A stretch of DNA of 64,000 nt from Oscillospiraceae bacterium. Its GTDB lineage: Bacteria; Bacillota; Clostridia; Oscillospirales; CAG-272. Positions 8,642-17,635 of this stretch are shown piece after piece (the stretch's first letter is position 1; the number at the start of each line of letters is the position of its first letter). Location: the NCBI GenBank assembly GCA_015064345.1, contig SVSK01000001.1, positions 6,937 to 70,936 of the forward strand. Direction: 5' to 3'. A program made the translations under genes and the position numbers. The notes beneath the pieces were generated by a model that had not been told where the DNA came from, searched no databases, and saw only the letters and a list, made by a program, of their open reading frames with translations.

Positions 8642-11396
8642 ATGCTTTACGCCGCCGTATCAGAGCAAAGACTGACTTCCTTATAGTATCAGCCGGGATG
8701 ACTGTCATGGCAAACAGAGAGCAGATGAGCAGCTCATGCCCGTCAAGGGGAACACAGCGGAATACCTCTCCGCCAAAATATATAATAAGAAGTTGAATCG
8801 CCGCAACGGCAGGCATAATTATGATAAAAGCTTTGTTCTTCAGGATGTTTGCGAAAATATTGATCCTTGCCGTGCGGGTACACATTGCAATTCCCACTCC
8901 CATGAACACGAAAAGGGCGAAGAACAGCGTAAGATGATAAATCTCACCGCCGCCGAACATATGCCGAATGTTCTCCGAGAGCAAGAAGAATATCGACAAA
9001 GCAACCGCATAGCCACCTGTCAGGAGAATTTGCCAAAGCATCGCGGGCGTAAGAATGTGCTCATTTCTCTTGACGGGGGACTGACGCATATATTCCCGAA
9101 GTGCAGGCTCTCCTGCAAAGGCAAGTGACCCAAGGGTGTCCATGATAATATTAACCCACAGCATCTGTATAACGGTGACGGGACTGTTAATGCCGAACAT
9201 CGTTCCGATTATCGACACGCCAACTGCGGCAAGGTTCATGGTTAGCTGGAAAGTGATGAATTTCCGAATACTCTGAAAGATCGTTCGCCCGAAAAGAACA
9301 GCCTTGGTGATGGAGGCAAAATTGTCGTCAGTTATCACGATATCACCTGCCTGGCGTGCAATATCCGTGCCGCTTCCCATGGCAAAGCCTACGTCCGCCG
9401 ATTTTAGCGCAGGCGCATCGTTGATTCCGTCACCTGTCATGCCCGTAATATGCCCGCTTGCTTTGGCTAATTTAACAAGCCTGCTCTTGTCAGAGGGAGT
9501 GACACGTGATATGACTCGCATTTGCGGCAGAAGTGAGATTACGTCCTCATCTGTCATGCCACGAAGAGTCTGCCCGTCCAGTATTACGTCACATCCGCTT
9601 GACACTGTGTCACGGATGGATGACGATTCTCCGAATGCTCTGTAACGCGATGAGAGTATTCCACATTCAACGCCAATACCTGCTGCAGTTTCGCTGTTGT
9701 CGCCGGTTATCATAACTACCTGTACTCCTGCCGACCGGCAGTCTTTGACAGCGTCAATTGCTTCCTTACGTATCTCATCGCGAATGATAAACAGGGATAC
9801 GAAGGTGAGGGGCGTAGCGGTGGATGGCGGGCTGCTTCGAAGATGGTCAAGTAATTCGGGGCTTCCTTCCGCATGAATCAGCACTCGGCACGACTTTTGC
9901 GCATAGTGTGATATCTTGTCTCGGATAGTTTGCCTTAATGCACCGCCAATGGGGAGAATATCGCCACAGCTGTTCATATACGAGGAGCATGCGGGGAGAA
10001 TATACTCTGCAGCACCGCGAATGTACAGACGGTTACCGTACCGTGCGGCGGCAAACTTGCGGGATGAGTCAAAAGGGATGATATCCTTTGATTCGCTTGT
10101 CTGGTGTGAGCTTTTTATATTGAGGAAATCGCACAGTGCTCGCTCGGTCTGATTGAATACAGCGGCGCAGGCTATACCACCGTTTTTCATGCTCTTTAGT
10201 TGTGGGGAGGGAAGAGATTTTGCTGTATCATATTCACCTTCAGCAGTAACAACTAAGCTTACGTTCAGCTTTCCCGTGGTGAGAGTACCTGTTTTATCGG
10301 TGAAGAGAATGTCCACCCCGCCTGCAGTCTCGATTCCCACAAGTCTTCTCACAAGCACGCCCGCCTTAAGCATACGCTTCATGTTGGATGACAGTACCAC
10401 CGTTATCATCATGGGCAGACCCTCGGGCACGGCTACGACAACGATGGATATTGCCATTGTCAGCGCCTGTATCAGCTCGGAGACTACCAGCCGCATATCT
10501 GCAAGTCGGATTAGCGCCACGGAAGCATTACACCCTGCGTCAAACCAGAATGCATCTGCAAGATGAACAGCAGCAACGATTGCAGCAGAAAGGTAACCTA
10601 TCTTCGATATCGTTTTTGCAAGATCTGATAGGCGGTTTTTCAGTGGACTGACATTTTCCTCATCGGCAAGCTCGGTGGCTATAGCACCATACATAGTGTT
10701 CTCACCGACGGCAAGTACCAGCATCAGCGCACTTCCCGAGACAATATGACTGCCCTTGAAGAGAGAAGTGCTGTTGCCTGTGGTGAGCCTGAAGTCGCAG
10801 CTGTTTCGCAGTGTGGCGACTGCTTTGCTGTCTACGGTTTTCTTGATGCTTTTGCTCTCGCCTGTCAATGGAGACTCGTCACACGCTACCTCGCCTTGAA
10901 GAAGAATACCGTCAGCGGGAACGGTGTCGCCCGGGTAGAGATACACAAGATCGTATTTTACAAGGTCTGACACGGCACAATCCACTGTCTCACCGTCACG
11001 GAGCACGTGGCACATGCAGTCCCCAAGAGTAGAGTACAGTTTGTCAAAGGAAGCCCCGGAGGAATATTCGGAAATTGTGGTGACAAGGGCGGAGATGAGC
11101 ACAGTTGCGGCGATTCCGATAGATTCTGCCCAGTTCATGTCGGAGAACATGAATGCGGTGTTTACAACGAGAGCGCATATGAGTATCTTTATTATCGGAT
11201 CGTTCAGATTTCTGAAAAACTGCCGTATAAAGCCTGCACGCTTGTGAGGCTTGAGTGTGTTTTTTCCGTGCTTCTCCCGCGATAACGATACCTCCTCGTG
11301 AGAGAGACCACAGGAAAGTGAGGGTATTCTCAGCTCTGATTCTTTTTTCTCGGTTTTTGGTGTTCTACCGTACTTGTGCTTGATGTTTTCGTTCAT
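8640..11396 (-). CDS. Cation-transporting P-type ATPase (P2, Ca2+-ATPase-like)
   Basis: 918-aa ORF. Phosphorylation motif DKTGTLT, TGES, MITGDN, hinge GDGINDAPAL, and the PEGL motif in TM4. Confidence 0.9.
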   Translation of the reverse strand: MNENIKHKYGRTPKTEKKESELRIPSLSCGLSHEEVSLSREKHGKNTLKPHKRAGFIRQFFRNLNDPIIKILICALVVNTAFMFSDMNWAESIGIAATVLISALVTTISEYSSGASFDKLYSTLGDCMCHVLRDGETVDCAVSDLVKYDLVYLYPGDTVPADGILLQGEVACDESPLTGESKSIKKTVDSKAVATLRNSCDFRLTTGNSTSLFKGSHIVSGSALMLVLAVGENTMYGAIATELADEENVSPLKNRLSDLAKTISKIGYLSAAIVAAVHLADAFWFDAGCNASVALIRLADMRLVVSELIQALTMAISIVVVAVPEGLPMMITVVLSSNMKRMLKAGVLVRRLVGIETAGGVDILFTDKTGTLTTGKLNVSLVVTAEGEYDTAKSLPSPQLKSMKNGGIACAAVFNQTERALCDFLNIKSSHQTSESKDIIPFDSSRKFAAARYGNRLYIRGAAEYILPACSSYMNSCGDILPIGGALRQTIRDKISHYAQKSCRVLIHAEGSPELLDHLRSSPPSTATPLTFVSLFIIRDEIRKEAIDAVKDCRSAGVQVVMITGDNSETAAGIGVECGILSSRYRAFGESSSIRDTVSSGCDVILDGQTLRGMTDEDVISLLPQMRVISRVTPSDKSRLVKLAKASGHITGMTGDGINDAPALKSADVGFAMGSGTDIARQAGDIVITDDNFASITKAVLFGRTIFQSIRKFITFQLTMNLAAVGVSIIGTMFGINSPVTVIQMLWVNIIMDTLGSLAFAGEPALREYMRQSPVKRNEHILTPAMLWQILLTGGYAVALSIFFLLSENIRHMFGGGEIYHLTLFFALFVFMGVGIAMCTRTARINIFANILKNKAFIIIMPAVAAIQLLIIYFGGEVFRCVPLDGHELLICSLFAMTVIPADTIRKSVFALIRRRKA

Positions 11397-11538
11397 TTTG
11401 CATACCTGCCACTTCTTATTCTGGTCTATTATATTCGCCTGTGCGGTGATTTAGGAATAAATGTACTCACAAGGCAGGTTGGTGATAAAATAATATCACT
11501 CGAGAATATCAAAATCCTCAATAATTTCATGTCGCCTA

Positions 11539-11567
11539 TTGACTTTGCGGTAAAATAATGCTATAAT
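11539..11567 (+). promoter_or_regulatory. Sigma-A promoter of the SCIFF locus (TTGACT-17-TATAAT)
   Basis: TTGACT at 11539-11544, 17-nt spacer, TATAAT at 11562-11567, 40 nt upstream of the scfA ATG. Confidence 0.65.
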
Positions 11568-11606
11568 ACATTGTAATTATGATAATCATACGGAGGATAA
11601 TCTATT

Positions 11607-11765
11607 ATGAAGCATATCAAGACACTTGAAACTCGTAATCTCTGCGACAGCGCAAAGAACGGCGGCTGCGGCGAATGCCAGACATCTTGCCAGTCCGCTT
11701 GCAAGACCAGCTGCGGTATTGCTAATCAGAAGTGCGAAAGCAAGGATAAGAAGGCAAGCAAGTAA
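11607..11765 (+). CDS. scfA: Six-cysteine ranthipeptide SCIFF precursor (52 aa)
   Basis: Own translation: MKHIKTLETRNLCDSAKNGGCGECQTSCQSACKTSCGIANQKCESKDKKASK. GGAGG at 11592-11596. The core GGCGECQTSCQSACKTSC is the SCIFF family signature. It lies directly upstream of the SCIFF maturase. Too short for the ORF track. Confidence 0.9.
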   Translation: MKHIKTLETRNLCDSAKNGGCGECQTSCQSACKTSCGIANQKCESKDKKASK

Positions 11766-11780
11766 TCCATAAAATCGAAG

Positions 11781-11815
11781 TGCCGCCGTATTACTACATA
11801 TGGCGGCATTTTTAT
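11781..11815 (+). terminator. Intrinsic hairpin plus T-run between precursor and maturase (probable leaky terminator/attenuator)
   Basis: TGCCGCC (11781-11787) pairs with GGCGGCA (11802-11808), followed by TTTTTAT. The maturase RBS AGGAG is at 11825-11829. Confidence 0.65.
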
Positions 11816-11838
11816 CTGTATAAAAGGAGTACATAACA

Positions 11839-13224
11839 ATGATACATCAGTATCAGCTGGGCGGATATAATATCGTGTTGGACATTTGCTCCGGTTCTGT
11901 TCACGTTGTGGACGAGGTGGCGTACGATATTATCGCCATGTTTGAAAATAATGACCGCGATGCTGTAGTTGCCGCTATAAGAGAAAAATATGCGGGACGT
12001 GATGACATTACCGCGGAGGATATAGACGAATGCTACGATCAGGTGCTCTCGCTCAAGGAAAGCGGAAAGCTGTTTGCGCCGGATACCTTTGAGCCTATGG
12101 CGGGTGAGCTGAAACAGAAAACGTCAGGCGTAGTAAAGGCACTTTGTCTGCACGTTGCACACACCTGTAACCTTAACTGCGAATATTGCTTTGCAAGTCA
12201 GGGTAAGTATCACGGCGACCGTGCTGTAATGAGTCTTGAAGTCGGTAAGCGTGCTATGGATTTTCTTATCGAGAACTCCGGTACGCGCCACAATCTTGAG
12301 GTGGACTTCTTTGGCGGTGAGCCGCTGATGAACTTTGAGATGCTGAAGGAGCTTGTTGCTTACTGCCGCAGTATCGAGAAAGAAAAGGGCAAGAACTTCC
12401 GCTTCACCCTCACAACAAACGGACTGCTTATTGATGACGACGTAATAGATTTTGCCAACCGCGAGTGCAGCAACGTAGTCCTCAGTCTCGACGGACGCAA
12501 AGAGATACACGACAGATACCGCGTTGACTATGCGGGTAACGGAAGCTGGGAGAAGATCGTACCCAAGTTCCAAAAGCTCGTGGAAGCACGCGGCGGTAAG
12601 GATTACTATATGCGCGGCACGTTTACACATGCAAATCCTGATTTTCTTAAGGATATTGAGGTAATGCTCGATCTGGGATTTACGGAGCTTAGCATGGAGC
12701 CTGTTGTTTGCGCCGCAGGTGATCCGTCAGAGCTTACAGAAGAGGATCTGCCTATCGTTCTCGACCAGTACGAAAAGCTGGCAGAGCTTATGATCAAGCG
12801 CGACGGAGAGGGAAGACCCTTTACGTTCTACCACTATATGATCGACCTAACCGGCGGTCCTTGCATCTACAAGCGTATCTCCGGATGCGGCTCGGGAACA
12901 GAATACATGGCGGTTACACCTTGGGGCGACCTTTATCCCTGCCACCAGTTCGTTGGTGAAGAAAAGTTCAAGCTTGGTGATATTTGGAACGGCGTTACGG
13001 GTACAGCTATCCAGGACGAGTTCTGCGCATGCAACGTGTACGCGAGACCCGAATGCCGTGATTGCTGGGCAAGACTGTATTGCTCGGGCGGATGTGCTGC
13101 CAATGCGTACCACTCCACGGGTTCGGTAACAGGTGTATATAAATACGGATGCGAGCTGTTCAAGAAGAGAATGGAATGCGCCATCATGGTACAAGTTCAC
13201 CGCATGATGGGCGAGGACGAGTGA
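11839..13224 (+). CDS. scfB: Thioether cross-link-forming SCIFF peptide maturase (radical SAM/SPASM)
   Basis: 461-aa ORF. N-terminus MIHQYQLGGYNIVLD..SG.VHVVD is typical of the family. rSAM cluster CNLNCEYC. C-terminal SPASM cysteines (CRDCWARLYCSGGC). Confidence 0.92.
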   Translation: MIHQYQLGGYNIVLDICSGSVHVVDEVAYDIIAMFENNDRDAVVAAIREKYAGRDDITAEDIDECYDQVLSLKESGKLFAPDTFEPMAGELKQKTSGVVKALCLHVAHTCNLNCEYCFASQGKYHGDRAVMSLEVGKRAMDFLIENSGTRHNLEVDFFGGEPLMNFEMLKELVAYCRSIEKEKGKNFRFTLTTNGLLIDDDVIDFANRECSNVVLSLDGRKEIHDRYRVDYAGNGSWEKIVPKFQKLVEARGGKDYYMRGTFTHANPDFLKDIEVMLDLGFTELSMEPVVCAAGDPSELTEEDLPIVLDQYEKLAELMIKRDGEGRPFTFYHYMIDLTGGPCIYKRISGCGSGTEYMAVTPWGDLYPCHQFVGEEKFKLGDIWNGVTGTAIQDEFCACNVYARPECRDCWARLYCSGGCAANAYHSTGSVTGVYKYGCELFKKRMECAIMVQVHRMMGEDE

Positions 13225-14576
13225 TGGACACTCCCATAGTTGATTTTGTTCGCAGGTATGCTGACAGCGAGACCTTGCGACTTCACATGCCCGGTCACAA
13301 AGGCGTGAACTTTCTTGGGGTCGAGACTCTTGACATAACTGAAATACAGGGTGCGGACAGCCTTTACGAAGCGGAAGAGATCATTCGCGAGAGTGAGCGT
13401 AACGCGGGACAGCTGTTTGGTGCGAACACCTTTTATTCCACTGAGGGATCATCGCTGTGTATCCGTGCAATGCTGTATCTTGCAGTGCTGTACGCGAGAG
13501 AACATGGCAGACGTCCTTTAATTGCGGCAGGTAGAAACGCACATAAAACATTCATCAGCGCCGCCGCACTACTTGACTTTGACGTAATGTGGCTGTATCC
13601 CGAATCCGGGCAGAGCTATCTTTCCGTAAGTGTCAGCGGTGAAGATATAGAAAACACGCTGAAAAACGCAGACGAGATTCCGACTGCCGTATATCTTACC
13701 AGTCCTGACTATCTCGGAAACACAGTAGACATCGCGGGGATAGCAGAGGTTTGCCACAGGTACGGTGTTCTTCTCCTTGTTGACAATGCTCACGGCGCAT
13801 ATCTGAAGTTTTTGCCAGAGTCACGTCACCCCATCGACCTCGGTGCGGATATGTGCTGCGACTCCGCTCACAAAACTCTTCCTGTTCTGACAGGCGGCGG
13901 ATATTTGCATATATCAAAGCATGCCGATCCAATGTTCAAGGCTGACGCGAAAAATGCCATGGCACTCTTCGGCTCAACAAGTCCGTCATATCTTATTTTG
14001 CAGTCCCTCGATCTTGCAAATAAATACATCTCTGGCGGTTATCCGGAACGCTTGGCGAATTATATCGCGAAAATCGACTGCGAAAAAGAGAAAATCACAT
14101 CACTTGGATACACTCTCATAGGAAGCGAGCCGCTGAAACTGACTATTGCAACCAAATCCTACGGCTACAGAGGATACGAGCTGGCACAGCTTTTGCGGGA
14201 GCGGGGTATCGAATGTGAGTTTTCCGACCGCGACTTCTGCGTGATGATGCTGACACCCGAGACAGGGGAGGCTGGATTGTCGCGGTTGGTCAGAGCACTT
14301 TCCGATATTCAGAAAAAAGAGAAAATAGATGAGATACCACCTGTTATTGCAAAAGCAGAGCGGGTTATGACAGTCAGAAACGCGACTTTGAGCTGTTCGG
14401 AGATTATCCCTGCCTCTGAATCACTTGGAAGAATACTGGCGAGTGCAACTGTCGGATGCCCACCTGCCGTGCCGATTTTGGTGTGCGGTGAGCGAATAAA
14501 TGAAGCGGCTGTGCGCGCGTTTGAGTATTATGGAATTGAAAAAGTTGCTGTTGTGACTGAAGAGGTGTGCAAATGA
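13224..14576 (+). CDS. PLP-dependent Orn/Lys/Arg decarboxylase-family enzyme (YaaO-like)
   Basis: The ATG at 13224 overlaps the scfB TGA (13222-13224). MDTPIVDFVRRY...LHMPGHKG N-terminus. PLP lysine motif DSAHKTLP. The track ORF start at 13149 is an upstream extension inside scfB. Confidence 0.85.
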   Translation: MDTPIVDFVRRYADSETLRLHMPGHKGVNFLGVETLDITEIQGADSLYEAEEIIRESERNAGQLFGANTFYSTEGSSLCIRAMLYLAVLYAREHGRRPLIAAGRNAHKTFISAAALLDFDVMWLYPESGQSYLSVSVSGEDIENTLKNADEIPTAVYLTSPDYLGNTVDIAGIAEVCHRYGVLLLVDNAHGAYLKFLPESRHPIDLGADMCCDSAHKTLPVLTGGGYLHISKHADPMFKADAKNAMALFGSTSPSYLILQSLDLANKYISGGYPERLANYIAKIDCEKEKITSLGYTLIGSEPLKLTIATKSYGYRGYELAQLLRERGIECEFSDRDFCVMMLTPETGEAGLSRLVRALSDIQKKEKIDEIPPVIAKAERVMTVRNATLSCSEIIPASESLGRILASATVGCPPAVPILVCGERINEAAVRAFEYYGIEKVAVVTEEVCK

Positions 14577-15079
14577 ACATTCAAGCAATAGTTTACACTT
14601 CAAACACAGGATATACCGCTGAATACGCGAGACTCCTTGGTGAGAAAACGGGACTGCCTGTGTACTCTCTTGAGGAAGCAAAGCAGAATTTGACGGAAAG
14701 AACAGAAATCGTTTACCTTGGTTGGCTTATGGCGAGTATGGTAAAGGGTTACGGCGAAGCTTCAAAGCTGTACAACATATCGCTGGTGTGCGGTGTGTGC
14801 CTTGGGACCAGCGGATCACAGATGCCAGAGGTGCGTAAGATGAACAAGTTACCAAAGGACTTGCCGCTGTTCACTCTGCAGGGCGGATTTGACATGAACA
14901 AGCTCCGCGGAATGAACAAGTTTATGATGAAGATCATGAAAAAGATCCTCACAAGGCAGATAAACGGCAAGGAAGAGCAAACCGAGAATGATCGCGCTAT
15001 TCTTCATATGCTTAACGAAGGCGGAAGCTGTGTGAGCGAAGAAAACCTTGCGCCGGTGATCGAGTTAATTAATGAATAA
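14573..15079 (+). CDS. Flavodoxin-like domain protein
   Basis: The ATG at 14573 overlaps the upstream TGA (14574-14576). N-terminal FMN phosphate-loop-like YTSNTGYT. About 168 aa. The track start at 14567 is a GTG. Confidence 0.7.
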   Translation: MNIQAIVYTSNTGYTAEYARLLGEKTGLPVYSLEEAKQNLTERTEIVYLGWLMASMVKGYGEASKLYNISLVCGVCLGTSGSQMPEVRKMNKLPKDLPLFTLQGGFDMNKLRGMNKFMMKIMKKILTRQINGKEEQTENDRAILHMLNEGGSCVSEENLAPVIELINE

Positions 15080-15082
15080 CAA

Positions 15083-15115
15083 AAAACGGAGATTTTACTC
15101 TCCGTTTTATTTTTG
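15083..15115. terminator. Bidirectional intrinsic terminator (flavodoxin-like gene / gdhA)
   Basis: AAAACGGAGA (15083-15092) pairs with TCTCCGTTTT (15099-15108), with an A-run on the left and a T-run on the right. Confidence 0.75.
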
Positions 15116-15126
15116 TCTTATGTAGC

Positions 15127-16470
15127 TTAGCAAGCGCCCTGAGCAAGCATAGCATCAGCAACCTTGATAAAGCCTGCGATGTTTGCACCTGCAACGAGGT
15201 CGTCCCCGAGATCGTAGTCATGAGCAGCCTTAATGGATGCATTGAAGATGTTCTTCATAATGCCCTTGAGCTTCTGGTCAACTTCTTCAGCAGACCAGCT
15301 GTAGCGCATGGAGTTCTGGGACATTTCAAGACCGGAAACGGAAACGCCACCTGCGTTAACTGCCTTGGAAGGAGCAACGATCACGCCGTTTGCCTTGAGA
15401 TATGCAACAGCCTCGTTTGTTGTGGGCATGTTGGATACTTCAACATAGTACTTAACGCCGTTTGCAACGATCTTTTCAGCTTCAGCCATACCAACTTCGT
15501 TCTGTGTAGCGCAAGGCATAACGATGTCAACCTTAACGCCCCAGGGCTTTTCACCGGGGAAGAACTGTGCGCCGAACTTGTCAGCATAGTCCTGAGCCTT
15601 GTTACGGCAGGAAGCACGCATTTCGAGGAGGTAGTTGATCTTTTCGGGAGTGTTAATTCCGTCGGGATCGTAGATGTAGCCGTCGGGACCGGAGATTGTA
15701 ACAACCTTACCGCCGAGCTCTGTAACCTTCTGAACAGTACCCCATGCAACGTTACCGAAGCCGGAAACTGCGAATGTCTTACCCTTGATATCATCGCCGA
15801 AGTACTTGAGCATTTCTACTGCGTAGTAAACAGCACCGTAGCCTGTTGCTTCGGGACGGATGAGAGAACCGCCGTAGGGGATGCCCTTACCTGTGAGAAC
15901 GCCTGTGAACTCGTTGCGGAGTCTCTTGTACTGGCCGAAGAGGTAACCGATCTCTCTTGCACCAACACCGATGTCACCTGCGGGAACGTCTGTATCAGCA
16001 CCGATGTGCTTGGAAAGCTCTGTCATGAAGCTCTGGCAGAATGCCATAACCTCGCGGTCAGACTTGCCTGAGGGATCGAAGTCGGAGCCGCCCTTACCGC
16101 CGCCCATGGGGAGAGATGTGAGGGAGTTCTTAAATGTCTGTTCAAATCCAAGGAACTTCATGATGCTGAGGTTTACTGTGGGATGGAAACGGAGACCTCC
16201 CTTGTAAGGACCGATGGCGCTGTTGAACTGAACACGGTAACCTGTGTTAACCTGCATCTGACCCTTGTCGTCGATCCACGGAACGCGGAATATGATCTGG
16301 CGTTCAGGCTCGATCATACGCTCAAGGAGTGCCTCTTTCTTATATTTTTCTTCATTCTTTGCAATAACAGGAGCGAGAGATTCAAGAACCTCTTTTACTG
16401 TCTGTAAAAATTCGGGCTGAGTGGCAAATTTCTTTTCAGCCATAGAGAGTACGTCGCTTAAATAGCTCAT
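15127..16470 (-). CDS. gdhA: NADP-specific glutamate dehydrogenase
   Basis: GDH motifs (KGGLRFHP, GGGKGGSDFDP, GFGNV.WG). I place the start at ATG 16470 (MSYLSDVL...), preceded by GGAGG. The 43 upstream codons of the track ORF look non-coding. Confidence 0.93.
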   Translation of the reverse strand: MSYLSDVLSMAEKKFATQPEFLQTVKEVLESLAPVIAKNEEKYKKEALLERMIEPERQIIFRVPWIDDKGQMQVNTGYRVQFNSAIGPYKGGLRFHPTVNLSIMKFLGFEQTFKNSLTSLPMGGGKGGSDFDPSGKSDREVMAFCQSFMTELSKHIGADTDVPAGDIGVGAREIGYLFGQYKRLRNEFTGVLTGKGIPYGGSLIRPEATGYGAVYYAVEMLKYFGDDIKGKTFAVSGFGNVAWGTVQKVTELGGKVVTISGPDGYIYDPDGINTPEKINYLLEMRASCRNKAQDYADKFGAQFFPGEKPWGVKVDIVMPCATQNEVGMAEAEKIVANGVKYYVEVSNMPTTNEAVAYLKANGVIVAPSKAVNAGGVSVSGLEMSQNSMRYSWSAEEVDQKLKGIMKNIFNASIKAAHDYDLGDDLVAGANIAGFIKVADAMLAQGAC

Positions 16471-16693
16471 TGTATTATCCTCCGAATAATTAGAATAATT
16501 ATTTATTACGATGTATAATATACCACCAAATAAAGAAAAAAGCAATATATGTAAGAGAAATATTTGCATAAAACCATCAATTTCTACATATTGCAACAAA
16601 AAGAACTCTGACTTGCACCGCTATTTAATCAAAAGAACGAATGAATTTTCGTTGATTTTTAACGAAAAAAGCATATGCAGTTAGTGGAAAACA

Positions 16694-16736
16694 TAAAAAA
16701 TCAGCGAGTGGCAGTTAAATATATGCAGCTCGCTGA
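16694..16736 (-). terminator. Intrinsic terminator downstream of ispE
   Basis: TCAGCGAG (16701-16708) pairs with CTCGCTGA (16729-16736). On the minus strand the hairpin is followed by ATTTTTTA. Confidence 0.6.
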
Positions 16737-16758
16737 ATATTTATTATCAGAAATGTAA

Positions 16759-17634
16759 TTAATTATGCGCGGGAACAGGGGCGCAGACGTGTGAATCAAA
16801 TCCAGCGCTGCTCAGGGAAGTTATTGCTGTGTCAAGAGCAATATCATCCTCAAAAAGGCCGAATATAGTTGAGCCGCTTCCGCTCATCATTGACGAGACT
16901 GCGCCTGAGTCAAGCATGATCTTCTTAACAAGTCGAGCTTTATCGTGATTCGGCAAAACTGCAAGCTCAAAGGCATTGTACATCTCACGGGGGGGTTCGC
17001 CTTTTGCAATTGAGCCAAGAACATCTTCTATAGTAGCGTGATCGGCAGGGCGGGGAAGTGCGTCAAGTGCTTTGTATGCCACAGGGGTGGAAATACCCTC
17101 GCCGGGGAAGGAAATGAGCACCTTGTACCTGAGTGACGGAAGCTTTACGGGGGTCAATATCTCTCCTATTCCCTCACAGATGCAGGTGCCGCCCACAACG
17201 CAGAAGGGAACGTCCGCTCCAACCTTTACACCGATTTCACACAGCGTTTCCCGGTCAGCGTGAATGTCATACAACTCATTCAATAGCTTCAGTACAGCCG
17301 CACCGTCTGTTGACCCTCCCGCAAGACCACCGCAAGAGGGAATGTTTTTCTCTATGTGAATGTGTATTCCGCGGTCAGTAATACCGAAATGCTCAAAGAA
17401 GCGCGTGGCGCACTTGTGGACGATATTGCGCTCGTCCGTGGGTACATCAGGGTCTGTACAGGTGACTGTGATCCCGCTTTCCGCGTCAATTTTGGTCACT
17501 GTAACCTTGTCACAGAGTGATACCTGCTGCATTATGCTTTTTATATTGTGATATCCGTCTGCCCTTGTGTCAAGCACGTCGAGAAACAGATTGATCTTTG
17601 CATACGCCTCTGTAGTAAGTGTGTGCATGTTCAC
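16759..17634 (-). CDS. ispE: 4-(cytidine 5'-diphospho)-2-C-methyl-D-erythritol kinase
   Basis: GHMP kinase fold (AKINLFL.V...R.DGYH, IP...GLAGGS.D.AA). Codon 17634 is GTG. The ATG at 17628, preceded by GAGGTG, is the more likely start. Confidence 0.9.
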   Translation of the reverse strand: MNMHTLTTEAYAKINLFLDVLDTRADGYHNIKSIMQQVSLCDKVTVTKIDAESGITVTCTDPDVPTDERNIVHKCATRFFEHFGITDRGIHIHIEKNIPSCGGLAGGSTDGAAVLKLLNELYDIHADRETLCEIGVKVGADVPFCVVGGTCICEGIGEILTPVKLPSLRYKVLISFPGEGISTPVAYKALDALPRPADHATIEDVLGSIAKGEPPREMYNAFELAVLPNHDKARLVKKIMLDSGAVSSMMSGSGSTIFGLFEDDIALDTAITSLSSAGFDSHVCAPVPAHN

Positions 17635-17635
17635 C

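Noticed and set aside
11586-11834. 82-aa minus-strand ORF in the SCIFF region
   Set aside because: It lies antisense to the scfA precursor, which has an SD, a family signature and the correct context. The minus frame would start inside the scfA-scfB hairpin region and has no RBS.
13149-13223. Upstream extensions of track ORFs (13149 for the PLP enzyme; also 16471-16599 gdhA, 24262 VOC, 30368 glgA, 34229 GH13, 42415-42504 M50, 47100 GNAT, 56764 oxidoreductase, 56893 AraC)
   Set aside because: Each extension overlaps the preceding gene or promoter and lacks an RBS. An internal start with a good SD and a family-typical N-terminus is present instead.
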